Assembly (NCBI GenBank): GCA_038046385.1
Contig: JBBSWH010000003.1
Span: forward strand, 1 to 39,473
Reading direction: 5' to 3'
DNA length: 39,473 bases
DNA from: Nanobdellota archaeon
Lineage (GTDB): Archaea > Nanobdellota > Nanobdellia > Woesearchaeales > GW2011-AR4
Under the pieces are notes generated by a model that saw only the letters and a program-made list of their open reading frames with translations, had not been told where the DNA came from and ran no database searches. Positions 9,755-19,309 of the stretch are shown here, piece by piece. Made by a program: the position numbers and the translations under genes. Position 1 is the stretch's first letter, and each line of letters begins with the position of its first letter.

Positions 9755-10795
9755 CTATATAATCTCCCTTATTCTAGGAATTTTCTTTAAAAATAAGGTT
9801 AGCATAGCTGAAACCAAAAACACCACCATAGTTGCAAAAGGTATAGAAATCAGTGGGCTTACGCCAGTTTCATATATCTGCCTGCCAAGAACCTTAATAA
9901 ACAAAACGTCGATGACTATAGGATGAATAAGGAATACCCCGAAGCTAAGGTCTTTTACCTTGCTTATGAATCCTTTTGATTTGTTACTTAAAAATTCCCA
10001 TTTAGCATTTCTCATGATTGCGAAAGTGCACACAGAAAGAACTACCACATTAATGGAAGTGTAGCCGTAAAAAAACTCATCAATCTCTCCCAGATTTCTT
10101 GTCAAATAAAAAGTCCCTAGTACAGTAACAATATATGCAAGGACTCCGAGAGCAATAACAACTCCTTTTTTCAGTTTCTTGGATTCTTTTCTCATTGCAT
10201 AGCCGATTACAAAAAAGCCGATAAATGGAGTGAACAATTCAGAGCCAAAAAAAATACTAAATCCAAACATTTTTCTGACAAGTGCGCTTATGGAAACAAA
10301 TAAGAACCAAAACAGGGTAAAATACCTGATGAGCCCAGGGTTTCTTTCGAAAATAGGATAAACAATGGGCACTGCAATGTAGAGGCTGATTAGCGGATAC
10401 AAAAACCAAAGGTGGTAATATACAGAACCCTCGAGAAACTGCCTGAAAATCCCATTAATTGTGATAACATCATTATGAAAATAAATCCTCCATAAAAAGA
10501 ATATGCAGGACCATGCAACTAGGGGTATAACAACCTTCTTTACTCTTTTTCTGATAAATTCATTGATATTTTCCCTCTTATAATTGCCGAGAACCAACAA
10601 ACCGCTTATCATGAAAAACAAAGGAACGCCAGCACGCGCAAAAGAATCGAAAGCGTTGCCAATCCACCACATGCTATTTTGGATTGGACTGAATGCATAT
10701 AGAACAGGGGCGCTTACATGAAGAAGCACTATGAGGAATACAGCATAGACACGGATTATATCCATTGATAAAAAATACTCCATGTTATTGCGCAT
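9755..10795 (-). CDS. Acyltransferase_3 family membrane O-acyltransferase
   Basis: DIIRVYAVFLIVLLH, VPLFFMISG, YHLWFLY and SFGVFLIHP motifs; start uncertain. Confidence 0.9.
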   Translation of the reverse strand: MRNNMEYFLSMDIIRVYAVFLIVLLHVSAPVLYAFSPIQNSMWWIGNAFDSFARAGVPLFFMISGLLVLGNYKRENINEFIRKRVKKVVIPLVAWSCIFFLWRIYFHNDVITINGIFRQFLEGSVYYHLWFLYPLISLYIAVPIVYPIFERNPGLIRYFTLFWFLFVSISALVRKMFGFSIFFGSELFTPFIGFFVIGYAMRKESKKLKKGVVIALGVLAYIVTVLGTFYLTRNLGEIDEFFYGYTSINVVVLSVCTFAIMRNAKWEFLSNKSKGFISKVKDLSFGVFLIHPIVIDVLFIKVLGRQIYETGVSPLISIPFATMVVFLVSAMLTLFLKKIPRIREII

Positions 10796-10880
10796 AATTA
10801 CCCTATTTTTGAAATAATATATAATATTTTGCAATTAAAAAGATTTATATCCTGATGCAGATTGCTTTGCTTTTGGTGAT

Positions 10881-11126
10881 ATGATGGCATTTGGAAAATT
10901 TGATAAATCATTGGATAAGGAATTATTTTTAGAGCCAATCCAGTTTGAGACAACAAGGATAACTGTCGGAGTCTTTTCATATAATGACGGCGAGAAGAAG
11001 ATGCAGATCTCAAGGGAGAACATGTCTCAGGACGGCGAATGGTCATTTGCAAAGCTCGGAAGAATGTTCAAGGACGAAGCAGAGAAAGTGATTCCGGTGA
11101 TGCAGAAAGCGCTGGAAAAGATGTAA
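10881..11126 (+). CDS. Small PC4/YdbC-like nucleic-acid-binding protein
   Basis: VFSYNDGEKKMQISR...W...KLGR...EA pattern. GGTGA SD at 10875-10879, upstream TTTATAT, T-rich tract downstream. Confidence 0.65.
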   Translation: MMAFGKFDKSLDKELFLEPIQFETTRITVGVFSYNDGEKKMQISRENMSQDGEWSFAKLGRMFKDEAEKVIPVMQKALEKM

Positions 11127-11193
11127 TCTTTTTCTTAAACATTTTTTTATTTAATTTTTTTATAATATTAATCAGTGCTTTATTTTTATATCA

Positions 11194-11622
11194 CTACAAA
11201 ACAGCAAACAATACAGCAGTTATAACCCATTCATCCTTTGACATATATTCTATTGGACCGACGACATTATACTTTAACGGATAAAAAGGATGAAAATCAG
11301 AGCCGTCCAATGCGTCTAAAATCAGGTGGCTAAGATAGCCCATCGAAAGCGCAATCCCAGCATTGTAATTTATTTTTACTGAGATTATGCTGATTATTGC
11401 CCAGGCAAAAAATGAATGCAGATAATTTCTTTGGTTTCCGTAAGGGTCTTTTGGGTCAGTTACAGTTTTCCAGAATTTTTTTGCATTAAAAATTAATTTA
11501 TGCTTAATATAAGGAATTAGATGATCTATGTCGATGATTAATGCACCAATCAATGCAAAAAGATAGTTGTTTGTAATCTTCCCGATTATCAATCCAATTG
11601 CCAGATGTGCAGCGATAAACAT
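11194..11622 (-). CDS. YdjM-like membrane-bound metal-dependent hydrolase
   Basis: N-terminal H, then DIDH, RNYLHS and SHLILD motifs. Confidence 0.85.
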   Translation of the reverse strand: MFIAAHLAIGLIIGKITNNYLFALIGALIIDIDHLIPYIKHKLIFNAKKFWKTVTDPKDPYGNQRNYLHSFFAWAIISIISVKINYNAGIALSMGYLSHLILDALDGSDFHPFYPLKYNVVGPIEYMSKDEWVITAVLFAVL

Positions 11623-11759
11623 ATCAGTTTAATTCCTGTTTTTTAATTTATATTTCTGCTCTCTCGCTTCGGGTATCAATTTTCATCCTGCGCTATAAGG
11701 CAAGACTACTCCATGGGTTCCTCATCAGTACGAGGCAGTGTGCGTGTGCACAATAAATA

Positions 11760-11891
11760 CGCGCCGGGGAGGATTCGAATTCGGGGTGATAGAGAGTTAC
11801 TCAATCACGCCCCCGGCCTAAAGGTATCTCCATCAGCGTAAACGCTTATAGTTAGGAACCTTTCGCTCTATCCAAGCTGAGCTACCGGCGC
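11760..11891 (-). tRNA. tRNA-Arg(CCT) with two introns: 37/38 (11826-11852, 27 nt) and 53/54 (11780-11809, 30 nt)
   Basis: Removing both introns gives GCGCCGG TA GCTC AGCTTGGATA GAGC G AAAGG TTCCTAA CCTTT AGGCC GGGGG TTCGAAT CCTCC CCGGCGC G, a complete cloverleaf. Both junctions have bulge-helix geometry. Confidence 0.93.
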
Positions 11892-11980
11892 ATATACCAT
11901 CAGAAAATAAATTCATTTAAAAACCTTGTTTAATTCAATATACCTCTAAAATGCATCCAAAAGCTTCATCAAAAACTTTA

Positions 11981-12013
11981 TATATACCTACTAAATACCT
12001 AGTATATACCGAC
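11981..12013 (+). promoter_or_regulatory. Three tandem 11-bp direct repeats overlapping the TATA box and start region of the phoU-like gene
   Basis: TATATACCTAC / TAAATACCTAG / TATATACCGAC, plus a fourth in-phase unit AATATACCTCT at 11937. Confidence 0.6.
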
Positions 12014-12022
12014 TGATGACTT

Positions 12023-12895
12023 ATGGAAATAAGAAACGTACAGAAAACAGGGGACATGCACTATCTTTACCTGCCTACATCATGGTGCAGGGAGCATAAG
12101 ATAAGCTCAAAATCAAAAGTTTCAATTGAGCAGGCAGGCGACGGAACACTGTCTATTTCTCCGCAGATTACCGAAAGAAAACTTAAACATCTGAAATTCA
12201 ATATATCAGAAGATGACCAGGAGATAATACACAAGCTGGTTGTTGCATGCTACATAAATCCGGTGTCTTCTTTTGAAATAAATCTTGAAAAGGAGATGGA
12301 CTCTACAAAACTTTTGAACCAAAAAAGGCTCATAAGCCTAGAGTCTGTTGAAATTGACAAGAAACAGATAACTTCTCACGGCTCGATTTCCATAACCGAC
12401 CCTGAATCCTTGATGAAGACAATGGTCAAGAAGATAAAAAATATGATTCTAGTTATGCAGAAAAGCTATGACAAAGAATTGATTGACAGGTATGAGGATG
12501 AGATTGACAGGAGCAAGATGCTGATTGACAAGTCAATAATAAGCTCGCTGACATTTGAAAGAACAACGAGGGCAAAGACGATAGATCTTTATTATATATC
12601 ATTAATCTCGAAAGACCTTGAAAGGATGGTTGACCACTTAATATGCGTAAGCAACAAGGAATCTGAATTTTTGGCGTGGCTTTATGATGCAATAGACTGT
12701 TTACAGGGGATAATCGAAAATGTAACCAGCTTGAACCATAAAACAGCGCTCAATTTCATAAAAAAAGTCACAAAATTAAAGCCGCTTGAAATAAAAGATG
12801 TCAAAAGCTACGATAAAGAAAGGGTAAGATTATCGTTAACTACAATTTCAGAAGTGACGATTGACTGGGCAATAACAAGAGAAGTAGAAAAATAA
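12023..12895 (+). CDS. phoU: AbrB/SpoVT-PhoU type phosphate uptake regulator
   Basis: RNVQKTG...LYLPTSW AbrB-like N-terminus, then helical EDEIDR and KDLERMVDH PhoU repeats. Confidence 0.8.
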   Translation: MEIRNVQKTGDMHYLYLPTSWCREHKISSKSKVSIEQAGDGTLSISPQITERKLKHLKFNISEDDQEIIHKLVVACYINPVSSFEINLEKEMDSTKLLNQKRLISLESVEIDKKQITSHGSISITDPESLMKTMVKKIKNMILVMQKSYDKELIDRYEDEIDRSKMLIDKSIISSLTFERTTRAKTIDLYYISLISKDLERMVDHLICVSNKESEFLAWLYDAIDCLQGIIENVTSLNHKTALNFIKKVTKLKPLEIKDVKSYDKERVRLSLTTISEVTIDWAITREVEK

Positions 12896-12971
12896 TAATA
12901 ATAAATAATAGGCAAGCAACACAAAAAAGGCAGAATTACAATGAATGCAACAAACATATCAAACCTTAATG

Positions 12972-12995
12972 GTAAAACATATATAAGTGTTTTAC
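12972..12995 (+). promoter_or_regulatory. Putative atp operon promoter: TATA box enclosed by a perfect 8-bp inverted repeat
   Basis: GTAAAACA-TATATAAG-TGTTTTAC; SD GGAGGT at 13048-13053. Confidence 0.55.
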
Positions 12996-13060
12996 ATAGG
13001 CTAAATAGGGTGGGGTTTTTAATATAGGCAGAATCCCGCAATGGAAGGGAGGTCATTAAC

Positions 13061-13405
13061 ATGGAACACGAACACAATGATTTGGACGCAGGCGCAGAAA
13101 TACTTCTAGAGATAAGGGATTCAGAAAAAAAAGCAGATGAAATAATTGCAGATGCCAGGAAACAGAAAGACGAGATTCTGCAGGAAGCAAATTCAAATGC
13201 AGCAAAGATGCTGGAATCCGGCCATATAGACATCGCAAAACAAAACGAGAAAAAAATATCTGATTTCAAAGAAAAATCATCTTTGCTTAAAGAGGATAAG
13301 CTTTCAGAAGGAAAAGCAAGATCCAAGCTGCTTAAGTCAAAATCAGACAAGAACATCGCAAAAGCAGCAGATTACATAACAAAAAAATTTGAGGAAATGA
13401 TGTAG
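13061..13405 (+). CDS. atpH: A-type ATP synthase subunit H (G)
   Basis: Charged coiled coil (EKKADEIIADAR), first gene of the operon, strong SD. Confidence 0.8.
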   Translation: MEHEHNDLDAGAEILLEIRDSEKKADEIIADARKQKDEILQEANSNAAKMLESGHIDIAKQNEKKISDFKEKSSLLKEDKLSEGKARSKLLKSKSDKNIAKAADYITKKFEEMM

Positions 13406-15244
13406 GTGCTTAAACCGCATGATATGAGCAGCGTAATAATCGCAGGCTCTCAAAAAGTGCAGGAAGCTGTTGTAAAAGAGCTTCACCAGATGAAGATACT
13501 TCATATTATAGAGCACTCTAAGAGCGACATTGCAGACATAGGCAAGCCGTTTGACAGCGCTGCAAAACTTTCAGAAAATCTAGTAAAAATAAGATCGATT
13601 ATAGCTGCCCTTAATGTGCAGAAAAACGAAAGCACATATTCAATAAAGAAAAGCTCAGAGATAGAATCCACAACAGCAAAGATTTCAAAGGAACTTTCAG
13701 AAATTCAGGAAGAATTGAGAACAACAGAAGAAGCAATCGCAAAAAACAGCAACGTGCTTCAGGAGATTTCCCAGCTTGAAGGAATAAACATACCGCTGGA
13801 AGCGCTTACAACTTACAAATCACTGGCTTATTTTGCAGGATTTATTAATCAAAAGAAAAACCCGAAGTCATTGAAGCATGAGATATCAAAAATATCGCAG
13901 AAATTCATGTTATTCTCATCAAATTCATCCAAAAAAGAGTTTATATTATTATTTATTGACATAAAAAGCAAAGAAAAAGCAGCTGAAATACTGCAGAGGC
14001 TGGGATTTTCACAGGCTAACATTGCAAATTTGCAGGGAATGAAAGGAACACCTACATCAAACATAAAGAGGATCAATGATGAAAACTCAAGACTGCAGGC
14101 AATGAAAGGATCAACCAGCAAAAAGCTTGATTCATTAAGGTTACAATACGAAGTTTTCCTTCTTGCAGCAGAAGGATTCTTGTCAGAGCAGCTTGAAAAG
14201 GCAGAAGCCCCATTAAAGTTTGCGTCAACGCAGAGCAGCTTCCTCATAAGGGGGTGGGTTCCGACGCAGGAGCTCGAAAGCATGAAAAGCCGAGTCAGCA
14301 AAGCTTCAAAAAATAAAATATCAATACATTCAGAATCCGCAAAAAAACATGACAAGGTTCCTGTCAAGATGAAGAACCTAAAAATTGCAAAGCCGTTTGA
14401 ATTTTTTATTGACCTTTACAGCATACCTTCCTACAGGGAGATAGACCCTACATTTTTTATTTTTTTAACATTCCCCATATTCTTCGGCTTGATGCTTGGC
14501 GACGTGGGATATGGCGTAATCACCCTTTTATTATTCCTTTTCCTTAAGAAAAAAATGCCAAAGGCAGGCAGCTTCTTCAATATATTTATACTTTCATCAT
14601 TTGTAACAATCTTGTTTGGATTCTTTTTCGGAGAAGCATTTGGATATGAGTTTTTGCACCCAGTAATAAGCAGGGAGCATGAGATGTTCAAGCTGATGTA
14701 CCTTTCAATAGGAATAGGGATTGTGCACGCAAACCTCGGCCTGGTGCTGGGCTTCATCAATGTTTACAGGGACCATGGATTGAAAATGGCATTTTATGAG
14801 AAGGGCAGCTGGATATTGCTTCAGGCCGGAATAGCGCTGATTGTGCTCGAGTATCTTAAAATAATCTCCATACACCCTCTTGTTGGAATATCTTTCCTTG
14901 CAGTGTCAATAATAATGCTCTACAAGGGAGAAGGGATCAAAGGAATTATAGAGCTGCCAAGCATATTCACCAATATATTATCCTACTCAAGACTTATGGC
15001 AATAGGATTGTCATCTGTTACACTTGCGGTAATAACAAATGATATGTCAAAAGAATTTTTCCACAAGGGCGGGTTTTTTATATTGGCAGGAGTGCTTATA
15101 CTTGTCATCGGCCACGCAATAAACATACTGCTTGGCATAATCGGCGGATTTTTACATTCACTGAGGCTTCATTATGTAGAGTTTTTTTCAAAATTTTTCC
15201 ACGGCGGCGCAAAAAGGTACCAGCCGTTTGGATCTAAAGATTAA
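13406..15244 (+). CDS. atpI: A-type ATP synthase subunit I (a)
   Basis: GWVP, PSYREIDPT, FFGLMLGDVGYG, LSYSRLMA (essential Arg) and LRLHYVEFF. Confidence 0.96.
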   Translation: MLKPHDMSSVIIAGSQKVQEAVVKELHQMKILHIIEHSKSDIADIGKPFDSAAKLSENLVKIRSIIAALNVQKNESTYSIKKSSEIESTTAKISKELSEIQEELRTTEEAIAKNSNVLQEISQLEGINIPLEALTTYKSLAYFAGFINQKKNPKSLKHEISKISQKFMLFSSNSSKKEFILLFIDIKSKEKAAEILQRLGFSQANIANLQGMKGTPTSNIKRINDENSRLQAMKGSTSKKLDSLRLQYEVFLLAAEGFLSEQLEKAEAPLKFASTQSSFLIRGWVPTQELESMKSRVSKASKNKISIHSESAKKHDKVPVKMKNLKIAKPFEFFIDLYSIPSYREIDPTFFIFLTFPIFFGLMLGDVGYGVITLLLFLFLKKKMPKAGSFFNIFILSSFVTILFGFFFGEAFGYEFLHPVISREHEMFKLMYLSIGIGIVHANLGLVLGFINVYRDHGLKMAFYEKGSWILLQAGIALIVLEYLKIISIHPLVGISFLAVSIIMLYKGEGIKGIIELPSIFTNILSYSRLMAIGLSSVTLAVITNDMSKEFFHKGGFFILAGVLILVIGHAINILLGIIGGFLHSLRLHYVEFFSKFFHGGAKRYQPFGSKD

Positions 15245-15265
15245 AAAAATATACGGAGGAAAAAA

Positions 15266-15499
15266 ATGGCAGTAGAATTAGGAGTTGGATTGATTGCAAT
15301 CGGATCAGGGCTTGCAATCGGATTAAGCGCAATAGCAGCAGCAATTGCAGAAAGCACAATAGGCGCAGCAGCAGTAGGGGCTATGGCCGAGAAAGAAGAG
15401 CTTTTCGGAAAAGGGCTGATATTGACAGTCATTCCAGAAACTCTGGTCATCTTCGGGCTTGTCGTGGCCATACTGATATTGAACCTTGCAGGCGCTTAA
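15266..15499 (+). CDS. atpK: A-type ATP synthase subunit K (c), single hairpin
   Basis: 77-aa proteolipid with IPETLVIFG. Confidence 0.95.
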   Translation: MAVELGVGLIAIGSGLAIGLSAIAAAIAESTIGAAAVGAMAEKEELFGKGLILTVIPETLVIFGLVVAILILNLAGA

Positions 15500-15503
15500 G
15501 AAA

Positions 15504-16049
15504 ATGAACCTGTTAATAGTCAAGGAAGAGATACTTGGCAGTGCGCATGAGCAGGCAAAGCAGATATTAAGCGATGCCAGAAAAGAAGCAAACAGAATTT
15601 CCAAGGAAGCAGAAAAAAAGCTGGAAGAATTCAGAGAAAAAAGCGATGCAGCTGCGAAAAAGGCAATTGAAACCATAAAGAGGCAGGAGATTGCGGCCGG
15701 AGAGCTTGAGAGCAAGAAAATGCTGCTCGAGACAAAGAAGCAGGCAATAGACGCTGCTTTTGCAGAAGCAAGAAAAAGCATTGAGAGCCTTGATGACAAA
15801 AAAAGAGGGGCAATGCTCAAAAAGCTGCTAGAAAAAACCCAAAAGGAAATAGACATTGCAGCCGTTTACTGCAGCAAGAAGGATGCAAAATTTTTCAGCG
15901 GAATAAATACAATTTCAATGGAAATGACTGGCGGATTCATTGCAGAGAACAAAGAAAAAACGATTAGGGTGGACTGCAGCTTTGACTCGCTGCTTCAGCT
16001 TGTCAGAGACAACGAAATGCAGAACCTGAACAATATGCTTTTTGCATAA
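15504..16049 (+). CDS. atpE: A-type ATP synthase subunit E
   Basis: Coiled coil plus GGFIAEN...IRVDCSF; start set at ATG 15504, just after the atpK stop. Confidence 0.92.
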   Translation: MNLLIVKEEILGSAHEQAKQILSDARKEANRISKEAEKKLEEFREKSDAAAKKAIETIKRQEIAAGELESKKMLLETKKQAIDAAFAEARKSIESLDDKKRGAMLKKLLEKTQKEIDIAAVYCSKKDAKFFSGINTISMEMTGGFIAENKEKTIRVDCSFDSLLQLVRDNEMQNLNNMLFA

Positions 16050-16053
16050 CACT

Positions 16054-17124
16054 ATGCTAAAAACCCAGGAGAAACGGAAACTGAATTTGGGAAGGTATCC
16101 CTACACTTACGTAAGAACGAGTGTAATGAAGTCCCTTCTTTTTAAGAAAGAGGACTATCAAAAAATGCTGAAGATGGGATTTTCGGAGATTGCAAAGCAA
16201 ATGCAGGATTCAAATTACAAAAAAGAAATCAACGAGCTTGCGGCAAATTATTCAGGATCTGACCTTTTGGAGCTTGCATTGAACAGGAGCCTTGCAAATT
16301 CATACAAGAAGCTGCTGAGAATATCCCCGAACTCGCTCGATGTTCTCATAAAAGAATATGTAAAGAGAAAAGATGTAGAGGACATCAAGACAATCATAAG
16401 GGGAAAGCTGACAGGCGCAACAAACACCGAAATAACCAATTCAATAACCGGGGCAGGCATTCTTGAATATTCTTTCCTTATATCTTTGCTGAAAAAAGAT
16501 TCGATAGAAGAGATATTGAAGGCAAACAGAATGGTTGAGCTTTCAGCTTTTAAGGAAGGATTAAAGGAGCTGAAGGAAAAGAACAGCATAGTTGCGATTG
16601 AAAATGTAATGGACAAATATTATTACAGCTCTCTTGCCGAGTTTTCAAAAACACTGCCAAAAGAAGGCCATCTTTTCAGAAATTTCATCCAGAAAGAGGT
16701 TGATGCAATGAACATACTTACCCTTTTCAGGCTGAAGAAAGCAAAATTCAGCAAAGAAAAAATAAAAGCGTTCATGATACCCTCATCAGGAAAAATAAAG
16801 ATGTCAAAGCTTGCAGACCTTGCAAACGTAGAGGATTTCGGAGAGCTTGCAAAGGCTTTTGCAAAAACAGAATACGGCAATGCTGTTTCTGAAGGCATTG
16901 AGGAATACAAAAAGGCAGGCTCGCTGATAAAGCTGGAAACCGGGCTGTACAAGCACGTTTTAAGGCAGTCAATGCTCATGCTGCACCAGCATCCTCTTTC
17001 AGTGGATGTAATTTTGGGATATATGTTTGCAAAAGAAATTGAAACAAGAAATTTAAAAATAATCATAAAAGGAAAGCAGCTGAAATTAAAAGAAGATTTC
17101 ATAGAAAATCAACTGGTGTTTTAA
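16054..17124 (+). CDS. atpC: A-type ATP synthase subunit C
   Basis: YPYTYVR...MKSLL, DIKTIIRGK and KEIETRNLKIIIKGK; start set at ATG 16054. Confidence 0.93.
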   Translation: MLKTQEKRKLNLGRYPYTYVRTSVMKSLLFKKEDYQKMLKMGFSEIAKQMQDSNYKKEINELAANYSGSDLLELALNRSLANSYKKLLRISPNSLDVLIKEYVKRKDVEDIKTIIRGKLTGATNTEITNSITGAGILEYSFLISLLKKDSIEEILKANRMVELSAFKEGLKELKEKNSIVAIENVMDKYYYSSLAEFSKTLPKEGHLFRNFIQKEVDAMNILTLFRLKKAKFSKEKIKAFMIPSSGKIKMSKLADLANVEDFGELAKAFAKTEYGNAVSEGIEEYKKAGSLIKLETGLYKHVLRQSMLMLHQHPLSVDVILGYMFAKEIETRNLKIIIKGKQLKLKEDFIENQLVF

Positions 17125-17125
17125 A

Positions 17126-17257
17126 ATGAGAACGACAAAAAACTTTTCCGTGGCATTGGATGTCGGAAATCAAAGATTTCCGATCACCTCGCGGAACTTT
17201 GTTCCGCAACGAATGCCACTTCATGTCGTCGTAAAGGGGCGAAACCGTTTATGGTGA
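17126..17257 (+). repeat. Branched palindromic cassette between atpC and atpF, spanned by a 43-aa mini-ORF
   Basis: Nested stems ACGACA/TGTCGT, GTGGCATT/AATGCCAC, TCGGAAATC-aaa-GATTTCCGA and GCGGAAC-ttt-GTTCCGC. ATG lies 1 nt after the atpC stop and the TGA overlaps the start of atpF. Confidence 0.7.
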
Positions 17258-17550
17258 ACATAGCAGCAGCAGGGTCAAGCGAATTTGTCGTCGGGTTCAG
17301 GCTAGCCGGAGTGAGGTATATTTTTGAGATGAATGACGATTATTTCAAAAAACTGAAGGAGTTAAGAAGCGACAAGGAGCTGGGAGTAGTTGTCGTCGAG
17401 GAAAAAGTAATGGAATCCTTGGAGCAGCATCAGAGGATTGAGATAGAAAGCTCTGTGGAGCCGGTATTCATAACACTGTCAACAAAAGTCGAACAGGATA
17501 GCCTGAAGAGACTGATAAAAAAATCAATAGGCGTTGACCTATGGAAATAG
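17251..17550 (+). CDS. atpF: A-type ATP synthase subunit F
   Basis: GFRLAGV and IKKSIGVDLW. Confidence 0.95.
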   Translation: MVNIAAAGSSEFVVGFRLAGVRYIFEMNDDYFKKLKELRSDKELGVVVVEEKVMESLEQHQRIEIESSVEPVFITLSTKVEQDSLKRLIKKSIGVDLWK

Positions 17551-17581
17551 ATTATAATAAAAATTTTAATGGGTGAAAAAT

Positions 17582-19309
17582 ATGGACAAAGGAGTATTAT
17601 ACAGAATTGCAGGGCCGGTTGTTGTCGCTAAAGGCATCAAGCCGAGAATGTACGATGTTTGCAGAGTTGGAAATGAAAAATTGATGGGAGAAGTCATCCA
17701 GATAGACGGAGACAAAGTCATAATTCAGGTTTATGAAGACACTTCCGGAATGAAACCAGGTGAGCCTGTGTTAAACACAGGAGAGCCGCTGAAAGTCGAG
17801 CTTGGGCCTGGACTTTTGAACAGCATCTACGACGGAATCCAGAGGCCATTGCCTGTTCTGATAAAACAGATGGGGGACTTCATTAAACGAGGGGTTGATG
17901 CACCGGGACTCGATTATTCAAGAATATGGGATTTTAAGGCAACTGCAAAAACCGGAGATAATGTAGCTGGGGGAGCAATACTTGGAGAAGTAGAGGAAAA
18001 TCCAGGAATTATCCATAGAATAATGGTACCTCCAAATCAAAACGGAAAAATAAAAGATTTGAAATCTGGCAAATATACTGTTAACGATGTTATAGGAACA
18101 CTTGACAACGGATTTGAATTAAAATTAAAGCACAACTGGCCTGTAAGGGTTCCAAGGCCTGTATCAAGAAAACTTAAGCCAGATGTACCATTAATAACCG
18201 GACAGAGAATTTTTGACGCATTGTTTCCGCTGGCAAAAGGCGGAGTTGCTGCAATACCAGGGCCGTTTGGAGCTGGAAAAACAGTTTCACAGCAGCAGCT
18301 TGCAAAATGGTCAGACGCAGACATGATTGTCTACGTTGGATGCGGCGAGCGTGGAAACGAAATGACAGAAGTTTTGACAGAGTTTCCTGCATTGATTGAT
18401 CCAAGATCAGGAAGGCCTTTGATGAACAGGACTGTGCTGATAGCAAACACATCAAACATGCCGGTCGCTGCACGAGAAGCTTCGATTTACACAGGCATTA
18501 CAATTGCAGAGTACTACAGGGACATGGGATACTCTGTTGCTCTGATGGCAGATTCAACATCAAGATGGGCAGAGGCAATGAGAGAAATTTCTTCAAGGCT
18601 GGAGGAGATGCCAGGAGAAGAAGGTTACCCTGCTTATTTGTCAACAAGACTGGCGCAGTTTTATGAAAGAGCCGGACGTGTAACGCCGCTTGGAACAAAG
18701 AAAGAAGGATCTGTTTCAGTAATCGGCGCAGTTTCGCCGCCTGGGGGAGATTTTTCAGAGCCGGTAACACAGAGCACTTTGAGAGTTACAAAATGCTTCT
18801 GGGCACTTGACGCAAAATTAGCACAAAGAAGGCACTTTCCGTCGATAAATTGGCTAACATCTTATTCACTTTACCTCGGAACACTTGAGCCATGGTTTGC
18901 AAAGAATGTCGAATCAGACTGGGGATTGCTTGTCGGACAGATGATGAACATCTTGCAGGAAGAAGAAAAACTGCTTGAAATAGTTCAGTTGGTCGGTTCT
19001 GACGCATTGCCAGATCGACAACAGGTTTCGCTGATTACTGCAAGGCTCATCAGGGAAGTTCTTCTTCAGCAGAACGCTTTCCACGAGATTGACACGTTTT
19101 GCGAACTGAAAAAGACATACATGATAATGAAGGCAATAATCAATTTTTCAAAGCTTGCGAACAACGCACTTGACAATGGATTGAGGGTGCAGCAGATTGC
19201 CGCAACAAAATCCAAAGACAGACTGTCTGAAGTCAAGTTCGTGAAAGACTATGAAAAACTATTGTTTGAGATAGCAGGACAGATGGAGAAGGAGATGAGG
19301 TCACAATGA
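17582..19309 (+). CDS. atpA: A-type ATP synthase subunit A (no intein)
   Basis: [17 protein letters not shown] and [11 protein letters not shown]; GGGTGA SD favours ATG 17582 over GTG 17573. Confidence 0.98.
   Translation: MDKGVLYRIAGPVVVAKGIKPRMYDVCRVGNEKLMGEVIQIDGDKVIIQVYEDTSGMKPGEPVLNTGEPLKVELGPGLLNSIYDGIQRPLPVLIKQMGDFIKRGVDAPGLDYSRIWDFKATAKTGDNVAGGAILGEVEENPGIIHRIMVPPNQNGKIKDLKSGKYTVNDVIGTLDNGFELKLKHNWPVRVPRPVSRKLKPDVPLITGQRIFDALFPLAKGGVAAIPGPFGAGKTVSQQQLAKWSDADMIVYVGCGERGNEMTEVLTEFPALIDPRSGRPLMNRTVLIANTSNMPVAAREASIYTGITIAEYYRDMGYSVALMADSTSRWAEAMREISSRLEEMPGEEGYPAYLSTRLAQFYERAGRVTPLGTKKEGSVSVIGAVSPPGGDFSEPVTQSTLRVTKCFWALDAKLAQRRHFPSINWLTSYSLYLGTLEPWFAKNVESDWGLLVGQMMNILQEEEKLLEIVQLVGSDALPDRQQVSLITARLIREVLLQQNAFHEIDTFCELKKTYMIMKAIINFSKLANNALDNGLRVQQIAATKSKDRLSEVKFVKDYEKLLFEIAGQMEKEMRSQ

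Noticed and set aside
11680-11728. Hammerhead ribozyme (CTGATGAG...GAAA on the minus strand)
   Set aside because: Stem II does not close between CTGATGA and GAAA, and there is no stem III with an NUH site.
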